Shown piece after piece: positions 37,368-46,549 of a stretch of 64,000 bases of DNA. Under the pieces are notes generated by a model. The model was not told where the DNA came from and ran no database searches. It saw only the letters and a list, made by a program, of their open reading frames with translations. Both the position numbers and the translations under genes were made by a program. Position 1 is the first letter of the stretch. Each line of letters starts with the position of its first letter. The stretch is from Candidatus Limnocylindrales bacterium (GTDB taxonomy: Bacteria > Chloroflexota > Limnocylindria > Limnocylindrales > CSP1-4), in assembly GCA_038245845.1 (NCBI GenBank), contig JBBRRZ010000001.1, forward strand, positions 130,681-194,680. Direction: 5' to 3'.

Positions 37368-39155
37368 TCAGGAGGCTGCGGTGCCCACACCCCGATAGCG
37401 GTCGGTGAGGCGGCCCGACAGGCCGGCCGCGGAGCCGACGAGCTCCAGGAACGCGGCGCCCGGCAGGGCCAGGAGCTGGCCATCCGTCTCCGCGGTCACG
37501 GTCGCGGTCCGCGGGCTCGCCCCCATCAGGCCCAGCTCGCCGAACACCTCGTCGGCGCCCATCGTCCGCAGGCGGCTGGTGGCACCCGCGTCGTCCACCT
37601 GGTCGACCGTGAACTGCCCCGACTCGATGACGTAGAACCGGTCCGCGGGATCGCCCTGGCGCACGACCACCGCGCCCGCCGTGACCGGGACCCGGACGAG
37701 CCGCGCCGCGGCGGCCTCGAGGGCCGACGTGGGCACGCCCGCGAAGATCGGCAGGCTGCTGACGCGAACGAGGAGGGCCGTCGCGGCGTCCGGCTCCCGG
37801 ACGAGGTACGGCCGCAGCAATGCCAGGGACACGAGGGCGGCGGCGAAGATGATCGCGCCGCCGATCGGCAGCATGACAGAGGCGCCGAGGACCGAGACGA
37901 GGACGGGCAGCAGCAGGGAGCCCGCCGCGTACGTGAACGTCATGAGCATCTGCATCCCGCCCAGGATCCGGCCGCGCAGCTCGTCGGGGACGATGCGCTG
38001 GAACACGGTCGTGCTGACGATGTCGGCGATGAGCGAGCCCGCGGCGATGACGGCCATTGCCAGCAGCGCCGGCGGCATCGAGGTAGAGAGCCCCAGGACC
38101 ACGAAGCCCAGCGCGAGGCCGATCGCCCCGGAGAGCATCGCCGGGGCGAGGTTGCGTCGGGCAAGGATCGCGCCCGAGCCGATCGCCCCCAGGACGCCTC
38201 CGACGCCGACCGCGGCGTTGAGGTAGCCCGTGCCGGCCTCGCCGGCGTTCAGCTGGTCCACCGCGATGATCACGGTCAGCACGCCCAGGCCACCGAACAT
38301 GAACCCCGCCACGGTGTCCATCGCCAGCATCCCCAGGAGCGGCCGACGGATCTCCGTCACCCGTGCCCGGAGGCTGGCGGGCAGCGCGGCGGCGGCGGCG
38401 TCGTCGATCGCGTCATGGGCGACCGCGGCGGCGGCCTCGGCGGCGGCGGCGGCCTTGCGGCCCGGGATGTTCGCCGGCAGCGTGGCAAGCGTCACCGCCA
38501 CGACGGCGAACGTGGCCGCGTTGATCGCAAACGCGAGCGTCAGGTCCGACGCCGCGATGATGAGCCCGGCGAGCGCCGGGCCGATGATGAACGAGAGCTC
38601 GCCGAGCGTCGCGAACAGGCTGTTCGCCGGGCCGAGCTCTCGCTCGTCGCGGACGAGGCTCGGCAGGTAGGCGCCGATCGCAGGTCGGAAGAACGTCGAG
38701 AAGCAGGTAGCGAAGATCGCGAGGCCCACGACCGCGATCAGCGGCCCGTCGTTGAGCACGACGAGGGTGATGACGACCATGATGAGGCCGCGGGCGACGT
38801 CCGTGACGAGGAGGACGAGGCGGCGGTCGAAGCGGTCGACGATGATGCCGGCCGGCACGGAGAGCAGGACGTACGGGATGATCCGCGCGGCGCCCACGAT
38901 GCCCAGGAGGAGCGGGTCGTTGCTCTCGTTGTACACGACCACGAGGAGCGCGACGAGGTACAGCCAGTCCCCGATGCCGGAGATGAACTCGCCCGCGAAC
39001 AGGCGCACGAGGGCGCTGTTGGACAGGACTCCCCGGTAGGCGTTCAGCGCACCGATGGCTCGAAACCTCCCTCGACCGCGTCCTGCAGCAGCGCCGACCA
39101 ACGCGTCCGGAGTGTAGGTCCCGCTCGCGGCCGCGCGGTGTCGGTCGCGCGACAC
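37368..39155 (-). CDS. MFS transporter fused to a C-terminal cyclic-nucleotide-binding domain
   Basis: About 12 TM helices of MFS type, then IFAGVPTSALEAAAARL...GDPADRFYVIESG...FGELGLMGASPRTATVTA, which carries the FGE...RTA cNMP-binding signature. Start is uncertain: GTG at 39155 is chosen, and the ORF-track ATG at 39413 overlaps the upstream gene. Confidence 0.75.
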   Translation of the reverse strand: MSRDRHRAAASGTYTPDALVGAAAGRGRGRFRAIGALNAYRGVLSNSALVRLFAGEFISGIGDWLYLVALLVVVYNESNDPLLLGIVGAARIIPYVLLSVPAGIIVDRFDRRLVLLVTDVARGLIMVVITLVVLNDGPLIAVVGLAIFATCFSTFFRPAIGAYLPSLVRDERELGPANSLFATLGELSFIIGPALAGLIIAASDLTLAFAINAATFAVVAVTLATLPANIPGRKAAAAAEAAAAVAHDAIDDAAAAALPASLRARVTEIRRPLLGMLAMDTVAGFMFGGLGVLTVIIAVDQLNAGEAGTGYLNAAVGVGGVLGAIGSGAILARRNLAPAMLSGAIGLALGFVVLGLSTSMPPALLAMAVIAAGSLIADIVSTTVFQRIVPDELRGRILGGMQMLMTFTYAAGSLLLPVLVSVLGASVMLPIGGAIIFAAALVSLALLRPYLVREPDAATALLVRVSSLPIFAGVPTSALEAAAARLVRVPVTAGAVVVRQGDPADRFYVIESGQFTVDQVDDAGATSRLRTMGADEVFGELGLMGASPRTATVTAETDGQLLALPGAAFLELVGSAAGLSGRLTDRYRGVGTAAS

Positions 39156-39216
39156 GGGAATCGAACGGCCGGCCCCCCGCGGGACCGGCCGTTCGCCAGT
39201 TGGATCGCTCTGGGGC

Positions 39217-40413
39217 CTAGTTGCCGCCCGGCGTGACCGGGACGGTGCCCTTCGTGAAGCCTTCGCCCTTCGCGTCGCCCTCGATGCCCTGCCAGGCGTC
39301 CGTGACGATCGAAGTGTCGTAGGCGCCGGTGGACGGGGCGAGCTTGATGATGCCCGCACCCTTGGCGACCTGGACCGTCTGGTTCCACGTGATCGGGTCA
39401 AGCCCGCCGACACCGGCCGGTGACGGCCAGACCAGCGCGTTGATCTCGTTCATCATCCACGCCTGGTGGCCGGCACCAAGCTGGGAGCCCGCGTCCGTCG
39501 TGTACTTCACGCAATCGGCGGGGTTGTCGCGGCAGTAGATCCAGCCCTTGAGCGACGCCCGCACGAAGCGGACCGCCACGTCACGGTTGGTGCCTTCCTT
39601 GAGCCATGCCTCGCGCGCGAAGATGGCGTCCTGGAGCATCGCGCTGCGCACGTCGTTCCAGTTGACGACCGTGAGGTCCTCAGGCTTGTACAGCTCACCC
39701 GTCGCCGGGTTCGTTGCCTCGAGCACCTGCGCGTATTCGTTGTAGATCATCGCCTCGGCAGCGTCGATCTCCTTGTTGAGGAACGCGACCATGTCGAAGG
39801 CCTGGATGACCTTCTGATACTGCGTCGCCGGGTCCCCGGCGTTCTCGAGGCCCGGGGTCAGGCCGCATGCCTTGGACAGGCCCGCCGTGACCTCGAACTC
39901 GTTGCCGAAGTCCCAGACGCCGACCTTCTTGCCGGCAAGGCCGCACTGGTCGGCGATCCCGCTGTCCTTCCAGATGACGCTCAGCGTCCCCGAGCGCTGG
40001 AAGACCTGTGCGATGTCGACGAGGTCGGAGCCCGACTCACGGGCCTCGAGCACCTTCGGGACCCAGGAGATCGTGAACTCCGGGCCGTCCGGCGCCGACC
40101 CGACCTGCTGCGGGACGATGGTGGGACCGCCGTCGAGGATGTCGACCTCGAGATTCTCGGCCTTGTAGTAGCCCTGCGCCGCGGCCGCGAAGTAGCCGGC
40201 GAACTGGGCCTGGGGGGCCCATTGGAGCTGGAGGCGGACCTTGGCCGCCGTCGGTGCCGCGCTCGCAGGGGCCTCGCTGGCCGCGCTCGCCGCGGGTGAC
40301 CCGCTCTCAGCGGCCTGGCTCGCGGGGGCCTGGGTCGCGGACGGGCTGCTACACGCGGCGAACAGCATCGTTGCCGCCGTAGCGAGCCCGAGGACGCGCA
40401 TCTGCTTCCTCAT
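39217..40413 (-). CDS. ABC transporter substrate-binding lipoprotein, NMT1/THI5/TauA-like
   Basis: MRKQMRVLGLATAATMLFAACSS lipobox followed by an Ala/Ser-rich linker. LQLQWAPQAQFAGYFAA is typical of NitT/TauT-family binding proteins. Confidence 0.8.
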   Translation of the reverse strand: MRKQMRVLGLATAATMLFAACSSPSATQAPASQAAESGSPAASAASEAPASAAPTAAKVRLQLQWAPQAQFAGYFAAAAQGYYKAENLEVDILDGGPTIVPQQVGSAPDGPEFTISWVPKVLEARESGSDLVDIAQVFQRSGTLSVIWKDSGIADQCGLAGKKVGVWDFGNEFEVTAGLSKACGLTPGLENAGDPATQYQKVIQAFDMVAFLNKEIDAAEAMIYNEYAQVLEATNPATGELYKPEDLTVVNWNDVRSAMLQDAIFAREAWLKEGTNRDVAVRFVRASLKGWIYCRDNPADCVKYTTDAGSQLGAGHQAWMMNEINALVWPSPAGVGGLDPITWNQTVQVAKGAGIIKLAPSTGAYDTSIVTDAWQGIEGDAKGEGFTKGTVPVTPGGN

Positions 40414-40555
40414 GCCTCTCCTCTATTCCGGCGTCCCGCTCGGATGGGGACGCCTCCTCCTCTGCGGCGCAAGCCGCGGTCCGCGTGACGATACCGAATC
40501 CGGACCGTGCTGGGAACGCTCGGCCGCGTTTCCCCGCGGATTCGAACCGGTCACG

Positions 40556-41410
40556 TCAGGTCTCGTTGCGCGAGGACGCGTGCCACGGGATGGCGACCCG
40601 CTCGACGAGCGCGATCACGAGGTAGAACGTGATGCCGGCGATCGCGGCCAACGTCACCGCCGCCCAGGTGATGTCGAACTTCAGGGCGCTCGCGCTCTGG
40701 ACGATCATCCGCCCCAGCACGGACCCCTGGCCGCCGAAGTATTCGGCGATGATCGCGCCGATCAGGCTCAGCGTCGAGGCGAGCTTGAGGGCGGTGAAGA
40801 AGTACGGCAGCGCGTTCGGGATGCGGACCTTGCGCAGGATCGTCCCGTCCGAGGCGGCATACGAGCGCATGAGCTCGAGTGCGGCAGGGTCCACGCCGGA
40901 CAGGCCCCGGGTCACGTTGGCCATCACCGGGAAGAACGACAGCACGGCGGCCATCATCATCTTGGACAGGGGGTTGAGAAGCCCGAACCAGGTGTTGAAC
41001 AGTGGCGCGAATGCGATGATCGGGATTGCGTTCGCCGCCACCGCGAGCGGCAGCAGCAGCGAGCGCATGCCTGCCCAGCGGGCCGCGAGGAACGCCACGA
41101 CCACGCCCGCGGTCGTCCCGATGAGGAAGCCGCCGGCCGCCTCGATGATCGTGTTCTTTGCCGCCTCGAACAGCGGGAACCGCTCGCCGTTCCAGTTCTC
41201 CACGAGCGCCGCCACGATCGCCGACGGCGCGGGCAGGACGAACGTCTTGAGCCCCAGGCCGCGGATCAATGCCTCCCAGATCGCGAGCCCGGCAAGGGCG
41301 ACGAGCACGGCCGGCAGGTACTCGCGAACGAGACGCGCGGATCGCCCGCCCGTCCGTGCGGCCGGGACCGCGGGACCTGGCCCGGGCGTGACGCGAGTGG
41401 CCGCGCTCAC
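40556..41410 (-). CDS. ABC transporter permease (NitT/TauT family)
   Basis: GTG at 41410 overlaps the ATPase TGA (GTGA). About 6 TM with an EAA-like loop (ELMRSYAASDGTILRKVRIPNALPY). The 516-aa ORF in the track is an out-of-frame run through the ATPase gene. Confidence 0.85.
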   Translation of the reverse strand: MSAATRVTPGPGPAVPAARTGGRSARLVREYLPAVLVALAGLAIWEALIRGLGLKTFVLPAPSAIVAALVENWNGERFPLFEAAKNTIIEAAGGFLIGTTAGVVVAFLAARWAGMRSLLLPLAVAANAIPIIAFAPLFNTWFGLLNPLSKMMMAAVLSFFPVMANVTRGLSGVDPAALELMRSYAASDGTILRKVRIPNALPYFFTALKLASTLSLIGAIIAEYFGGQGSVLGRMIVQSASALKFDITWAAVTLAAIAGITFYLVIALVERVAIPWHASSRNET

Positions 41411-42258
41411 CCGACCGCGCCCTCGGCCATGGTCCGGGCGGACGAGGGCAGGCCCGAGTCGTCGACGTCGCCGCCGCCGGCGCGGAGCGCCTCGCGGACC
41501 TCGGTGATCAGCTCGAAGTAGCGGGGCGTCTCGCGCGACTGGTCGGTGCGCGGCCGCGGCAGGTCGACGTCGACGATCCTCGTGATCCGCCCGGGGCGCG
41601 CGCTCATGACGACCACTCGCGACGACAGGTACACGGCCTCCGGGATCGAGTGCGTCACGAACACGACCGTCGTCCTGGTCTGCTGCCAGATCCGCAGGAC
41701 CTCGTCGTTCATGCGCTCGCGGGTCATCTCGTCGAGCGCTCCGAACGGCTCGTCCATCAGCAGGATCCGGGGCTCGAACGACAGTGCCCGCGCGATCGCC
41801 ACCCGCTGCTGCATGCCGCCCGAGAGCTGGTACGGCATGTGGCGGGTGAAGTCGCCGAGCTCCACGAGGTCCAGCATCTCCCGAGCTCGCTGCGCCCGCC
41901 ATGCCTTCGGCTTGCCGAGGATCTCGAGCGGCAGCTTGACGTTGTCCTCGACGTTCCGCCAGTCGAACAGGACCGGAGCCTGGAAGACCATCCCGTAGTC
42001 GCGGTCCCGGCGCGCCTGCTCGGCGGTCTTGCCGTTGACCCCGACGGTGCCGCGGGTGGGCTGGACGAGGTCGCCGATGACACGCAGGAGCGTCGACTTG
42101 CCGCACCCGGACGGGCCGATGAGCGAGACGAACTCGCCTGCATGGATGTCCAGGTCGATCTGCTGGAGCGCCACGGTCTGGCCACGGTCACGGCCACTGA
42201 ACACCTTGTCGACGCCGCTGATGCGGACGACGGGCTGCGTCTCGGCGGGTCCGGTCAT
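41407..42258 (-). CDS. ABC transporter ATP-binding protein (NitT/TauT family)
   Basis: Walker A GPSGCGKST, signature LSGGMQQRV and Walker B LLMDEPFGALD. Confidence 0.9.
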   Translation of the reverse strand: MTGPAETQPVVRISGVDKVFSGRDRGQTVALQQIDLDIHAGEFVSLIGPSGCGKSTLLRVIGDLVQPTRGTVGVNGKTAEQARRDRDYGMVFQAPVLFDWRNVEDNVKLPLEILGKPKAWRAQRAREMLDLVELGDFTRHMPYQLSGGMQQRVAIARALSFEPRILLMDEPFGALDEMTRERMNDEVLRIWQQTRTTVVFVTHSIPEAVYLSSRVVVMSARPGRITRIVDVDLPRPRTDQSRETPRYFELITEVREALRAGGGDVDDSGLPSSARTMAEGAVG

Positions 42259-42277
42259 GGGGCGTCGGCTCCTGTGC

Positions 42278-43171
42278 TCACGCGTCGATCCCGGGACGGC
42301 CGCGGAGCGCGACCATCTCGAGCACGCGGACGATGAGGAAGAACGTGATCCCCAGCAGCGCGGCGACGAAGATCGCCGCCCACAGCTTCTCGGGGCCCGT
42401 CGCGTAGTACTGGTTGAAGGTCGTGATCACGCGGCCCAGGCCCTCCTGGATCGCGCCCGTGTCCTCGCCGATGATCGCGCCGACGATGGCCGCGGTCGCG
42501 GCGATCTTGAGCGCCGTGAACAGGTACGGCATCGACGCCGGGAAGCGGAGCTTCGTGTACACGCCGACCTTCGACGCGCCGTACGAGCGCAGGAGCTCCA
42601 GCGCACGAGGGTCGAAGGAGCGGAGGCCACGGAGCATCGCGATCGTGACCGGGAAGAACGTGAGATACGTCGCGATGACGACGACCGCAAGCACGCCCTG
42701 GCCCATCGCGAACACGATGAGCGGCGCGAGCGCGATGATCGGAATGGTCTGGCTGGCAATGACGTAGGGCACGAACGCCCGCTCCGCGATCCGCGAATGG
42801 ACGAACGCCGACGCGAGGCCGAGGCCCAGCAGGCTGCCCAGGAAGAAGCCCAGGACGGCCTCGCGCCAGGTGTAGAGCGCCGCCCCGACGAGGTACTGGA
42901 GGAGCGTCACGTCCTTGCCCCGCTGGAACGGCTGGCCCATGGCGTAGGCGATGTTCCAGACGTGCGGCAGGTTGAGGTCGTTCGCGAATGCCCAGCGGAA
43001 CGGCGGGTTCCAGAGGACCGGCGAGCCCGGGCCGGCCCCGACGGCTCTCCAGGGCGTCCCGCCGAGGAGCTTGACGCCCTCCCACAGGACCAGGATCACG
43101 AGGATCACCACGAGGAACGCAAACGGGCGCCGCCACTTGAGCCGCGGGATGCGCGGCTGGGCGGCCTGCAT
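42278..43171 (-). CDS. ABC transporter permease (second membrane subunit)
   Basis: Start MQAAQPRIPRLKWRRPFAFLVVILV (GTG at 43231 is an alternative). EAA-like loop ELLRSYGASKVGVYTKLRFPASMPY. Confidence 0.8.
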   Translation of the reverse strand: MQAAQPRIPRLKWRRPFAFLVVILVILVLWEGVKLLGGTPWRAVGAGPGSPVLWNPPFRWAFANDLNLPHVWNIAYAMGQPFQRGKDVTLLQYLVGAALYTWREAVLGFFLGSLLGLGLASAFVHSRIAERAFVPYVIASQTIPIIALAPLIVFAMGQGVLAVVVIATYLTFFPVTIAMLRGLRSFDPRALELLRSYGASKVGVYTKLRFPASMPYLFTALKIAATAAIVGAIIGEDTGAIQEGLGRVITTFNQYYATGPEKLWAAIFVAALLGITFFLIVRVLEMVALRGRPGIDA

Positions 43172-43260
43172 CTCCAGCTCGAGCTCGCGCTCGAGGAGGT
43201 GGATCTCGTTCCGCGCGGGGCCCGCCGCCACGTTCCCTCCTGCTCCGCCGGGCGCCGGAG

Positions 43261-44595
43261 CTAGCCCGTCACGGCCTGGTCGGCGATGTCGAGCGCGCGG
43301 TCGATGATGTCGAAGCCCTCGGCCAGCTGGTCTTCGGTGATGCACAGCGGCGGGTTGGTGTGGATCGAGTTGTTGGCGATCAAGGTGTACAGGCCGTTGT
43401 CGCGGAAGAACCTGCCGATCGCCTTCATCTCGTCGCTCGTGCCATTGAACGGCGTGATCGGCGTCCACGGGTCACGGGTGCGGACGAGGTCCAGGATCCC
43501 GAACAGGCCGAGGTTGCGGTGCGCGCCGACGGACGGATGCTTCGCCGCGAGCGCCTCGTGGTGGCGGCGCAGGACGCCGTCCAGCCTCGCGGCGTTGCCG
43601 ATGAGGTCGTCCTCCTCGTAGACGCGGATCGTCGCCAGCGCCGCCGCGAGGCTCACCGGGTGGCTGCTGTACGTGAGGCCGCCGAAGAACATCTTCGTCT
43701 CGAGCGCCTCGGCGATGTGCTCGCGCATCGCGACCGCGCCCAGCGGAAGGTAGCTCGACGTGAGCCCCTTGGCCATCGTCATGAGGTCGGGCACGACGTC
43801 CCAGTGGTCCACGGCGAACCAGCGCCCGGTCCGCCCGAAGCCCGCCATGACCTCGTCGGCGACCATGAGGATGTTGTACTTGTCGCACAGCTCCCGGACG
43901 CCCTTGAGATAGCCGTCGGGCGGGATGAGGATGCCGTTCGTGCCCACGATCGTCTCGAGGAAGATCGCCGCGATCGTGTGGGGGCCCTCGTACCGGATCA
44001 CGTCCTCAAGGCCGTTGAGGGCCTCGTCGACCGGCCTCGGCTCCGCCTCGCCCCAGCGGTGCGTGTCGGGGTAGCGGACGACGCCCACGAGGCCCGGCTC
44101 GTTCGCCCAGCGGCGGTAGTCGCCGGTGAGCGTCATCGCGCCGAAGGTGGCGCCGTGGTAGCTGCGATACCGGGCGAGCAGCTTGTAGCGGCCGGTGTGC
44201 TGGCGCGCGAGCTTGATCGCGTTCTCGATCGCCTCGGCGCCGCCGAGCGTGAAGAACACCTTGTTCATGTCGCCCGGGAGGATCTCGGCCAGCTTCTGGC
44301 CCAGGCGGGCGCGGATCTCGGTCGCGAACGCCGGCTGGACGAACTGGAGCTTCGTCGCCTGCTCGGTGATCGCGTCGATCACGCGGCGGTCCCCGTGGCC
44401 GATGTTCACGGACATCAGCTGGGCGTTGAAGTCGAGGATCCGGCGACCCTCAGGGGTGTACAGGTAGACGCCTTCGGCACGGTCGATCGCGATGGGGTCG
44501 AGCGCGCTCTGTACGGACCACGAGAACAGGGTGTGTTCCCGGGACAGGGCGACGATCTCCTCGCTCGTCATGCCGGGCGCGGCGCTGATGCCCAT
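43261..44595 (-). CDS. Class III (omega) aminotransferase, beta-alanine/taurine:pyruvate type
   Basis: 444 aa with FTLGGAEAIENAIKLAR, YHGATFGAMTLTGD, ADEVMAGFGRTGRWFA and the PLP-lysine context MTMAKGLTS. Confidence 0.9.
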   Translation of the reverse strand: MGISAAPGMTSEEIVALSREHTLFSWSVQSALDPIAIDRAEGVYLYTPEGRRILDFNAQLMSVNIGHGDRRVIDAITEQATKLQFVQPAFATEIRARLGQKLAEILPGDMNKVFFTLGGAEAIENAIKLARQHTGRYKLLARYRSYHGATFGAMTLTGDYRRWANEPGLVGVVRYPDTHRWGEAEPRPVDEALNGLEDVIRYEGPHTIAAIFLETIVGTNGILIPPDGYLKGVRELCDKYNILMVADEVMAGFGRTGRWFAVDHWDVVPDLMTMAKGLTSSYLPLGAVAMREHIAEALETKMFFGGLTYSSHPVSLAAALATIRVYEEDDLIGNAARLDGVLRRHHEALAAKHPSVGAHRNLGLFGILDLVRTRDPWTPITPFNGTSDEMKAIGRFFRDNGLYTLIANNSIHTNPPLCITEDQLAEGFDIIDRALDIADQAVTG

Positions 44596-44740
44596 CGGGT
44601 CCTCCGTTCCGGGCGACCGTGGGCGCCCGCGTGCTGCTCGGGGTCTGGCGTGGCGGCCATTACAGCACAGCGGCGCTCGGGCCGAGGGGTGCGTCGCGGG
44701 ACGGTGGTGCCGGGGCCGACAGCCGCGGTCTCCTCCCCGC

Positions 44741-46183
44741 TCACCCTGCCGGGATCTCGCCCGCGATCCGCCGGATCACCTCGATCGCCACGTCACCCGT
44801 GGCCCCGGTGGTCGCCCAGTTCGAGACGGAGATGCGCATCGCGCGCATCCCGTGCCAGGTCGTGCCGCCCAGCCAGATGGAGCCATCGGCCTGGACGGCC
44901 GCGACGATCGCCGCCGTCCGGGCATCGCCCAGGCCCGCGTCCCCGGACGGATCCTCGAAGCGGACGAGGACCTGGTTGAGCACGACGTCGTTGAGGATCC
45001 TCGTCCCCGGCCCACCCGCGATCCCGGCGGCGACCTGGCGCGCCACGTCGGACGTCCGTCCGATCATCTCGGCAACGCCGCTCCGCCCGAGGCTGCGGAG
45101 CGCGGCCCAGACCGCGAACCCGCGGGCCCGTCGCGAGGATTCCGGCACCCAGTTGTAGGGGTCGCGCTCGGCGCCCGTCGTCTCCACGTAGTACGCGGCC
45201 CCGAGCGTCATGGCGGCCTGGTGAGCAGCTGCGTCGCGGACGAAGGAGAGGCCCGAGTCATACGGGACGTTGAGCCACTTGTGCGCATCCGTGGTCCACG
45301 AGTCTGCGTCGCCCACGCCCGCCACGAGGTGCCGGCGGGCCGGGTCTGCGGCCGCCCACAGGCCGAATGCGCCGTCGACGTGCAGCCAGCCGCCGTTCGC
45401 GCGAACAGCGTTGACGATCTGTGGCAGCGGATCGAACGCGCCCGAGTTCACGTTGCCGGCCTGCGCGGTCACGAGCGCCGGACGGTCCAGGTCCGCAAGC
45501 GCAGCGGCAAGCGCCTCTGGCCGCATCCGGCCCTGCTCGTCCGTCGGGACGCGGATGACGCGCTCGCGGCCCATGCCCAGCATCTGGAGCGCGGCAAAGA
45601 TCGTGACGTGCGACTCGTCGCTCACGACGACGGGCAGCTCCGGGGCCCCGAACAGCCCCTGCCGCTCGACGTCCCAGCCCTGCCTCGCGAGCAGCGCGTG
45701 GCGCCCAGCGGCGAGCCCGGTGAAGGACGCCATCGTCGCGCCGGTGGTGTAGCCGACGCTCGCCTCGGTCGGGAGCCCGAAGATCTCCGCGAGCCATGCA
45801 CCCGCGACCTCCTCGGCGACTGCCGCTGCTGGGCCGATGACGTACAGGCCGGCGTTCTGGTCCCAGGCGCTGGTCAGCCAGTCCGCCGCCAGCGATGCGG
45901 GCACGCCGCCGCCGATCACGAACCCGAAGTACCGCGGCCCGGCGCTCCGGACGAGGCCGCCCTCGGCATTGGCCACCAACTCGTCGATGACGGCCGCCGG
46001 GTCTGCCCCAGCGTCGGGCAGCGGCCCGCCGAACCGCGCACGCAGCTCGGCGACGGTTGCCGTCGGGCCGACCGATGTGTCGCCCAGTGCCTGGACGAAG
46101 GCGAGAGCGTGGGCCGCGGCACGCTCGAGGGCAGCATCGGCGGTCGGGAGGGCGGGGAGAGTCGAACGGGCGGGAGCTGACAT
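44741..46183 (-). CDS. Group II pyridoxal-dependent (amino acid) decarboxylase
   Basis: Start MSAPARSTLPAL. PLP-lysine motif SWTTDAHKWLNVPYDSGL. Length about 480 aa. Confidence 0.85.
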   Translation of the reverse strand: MSAPARSTLPALPTADAALERAAAHALAFVQALGDTSVGPTATVAELRARFGGPLPDAGADPAAVIDELVANAEGGLVRSAGPRYFGFVIGGGVPASLAADWLTSAWDQNAGLYVIGPAAAVAEEVAGAWLAEIFGLPTEASVGYTTGATMASFTGLAAGRHALLARQGWDVERQGLFGAPELPVVVSDESHVTIFAALQMLGMGRERVIRVPTDEQGRMRPEALAAALADLDRPALVTAQAGNVNSGAFDPLPQIVNAVRANGGWLHVDGAFGLWAAADPARRHLVAGVGDADSWTTDAHKWLNVPYDSGLSFVRDAAAHQAAMTLGAAYYVETTGAERDPYNWVPESSRRARGFAVWAALRSLGRSGVAEMIGRTSDVARQVAAGIAGGPGTRILNDVVLNQVLVRFEDPSGDAGLGDARTAAIVAAVQADGSIWLGGTTWHGMRAMRISVSNWATTGATGDVAIEVIRRIAGEIPAG

Positions 46184-46549
46184 CGGGACACCTCGGGACC
46201 GGGAGACGGGATGGGGTGTGGACACATTCTCGCCCAAGCCCGCCCAACGACGCATCGGGCAGATGTAGCAGGCCCTCGCCTGCCGACCTCGGGACAACCA
46301 CCGGCGACGAGTTGCGCGTAACCGATCCCGTGGCAGCGTAGGTTACGTCGCTCTTCGACCTCCAGTCGTTGCACGAGCTTCACCGAGGTCTTCGTCGAGG
46401 AGTCCTGAGGCCGCGCGCGATCGGGCGCCCCGGACATCTGCCGGCGTCGTATCCTCTCGTCCTTCCCGTCCGCGGCCGGGCGCCGGTGGACGGGGGCGTC
46501 GAGCGACGTCCGACCCGAGCGATTCGAAGCTCTCGAGGAGGCTGACCGC

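Noticed and set aside
36608-37483. 291-aa minus-strand ORF overlapping the small secreted-protein gene
   Set aside because: It is antisense to an ORF that has an RBS and a signal peptide. Its own translation is low-complexity Arg/Pro/Ala-rich with no motif.
40556-42106. 516-aa ORF fusing the permease with upstream sequence
   Set aside because: Its N-terminal half is an out-of-frame read through the ABC ATPase gene. The GTG at 41410, overlapping the ATPase stop, gives a normal 284-aa permease.
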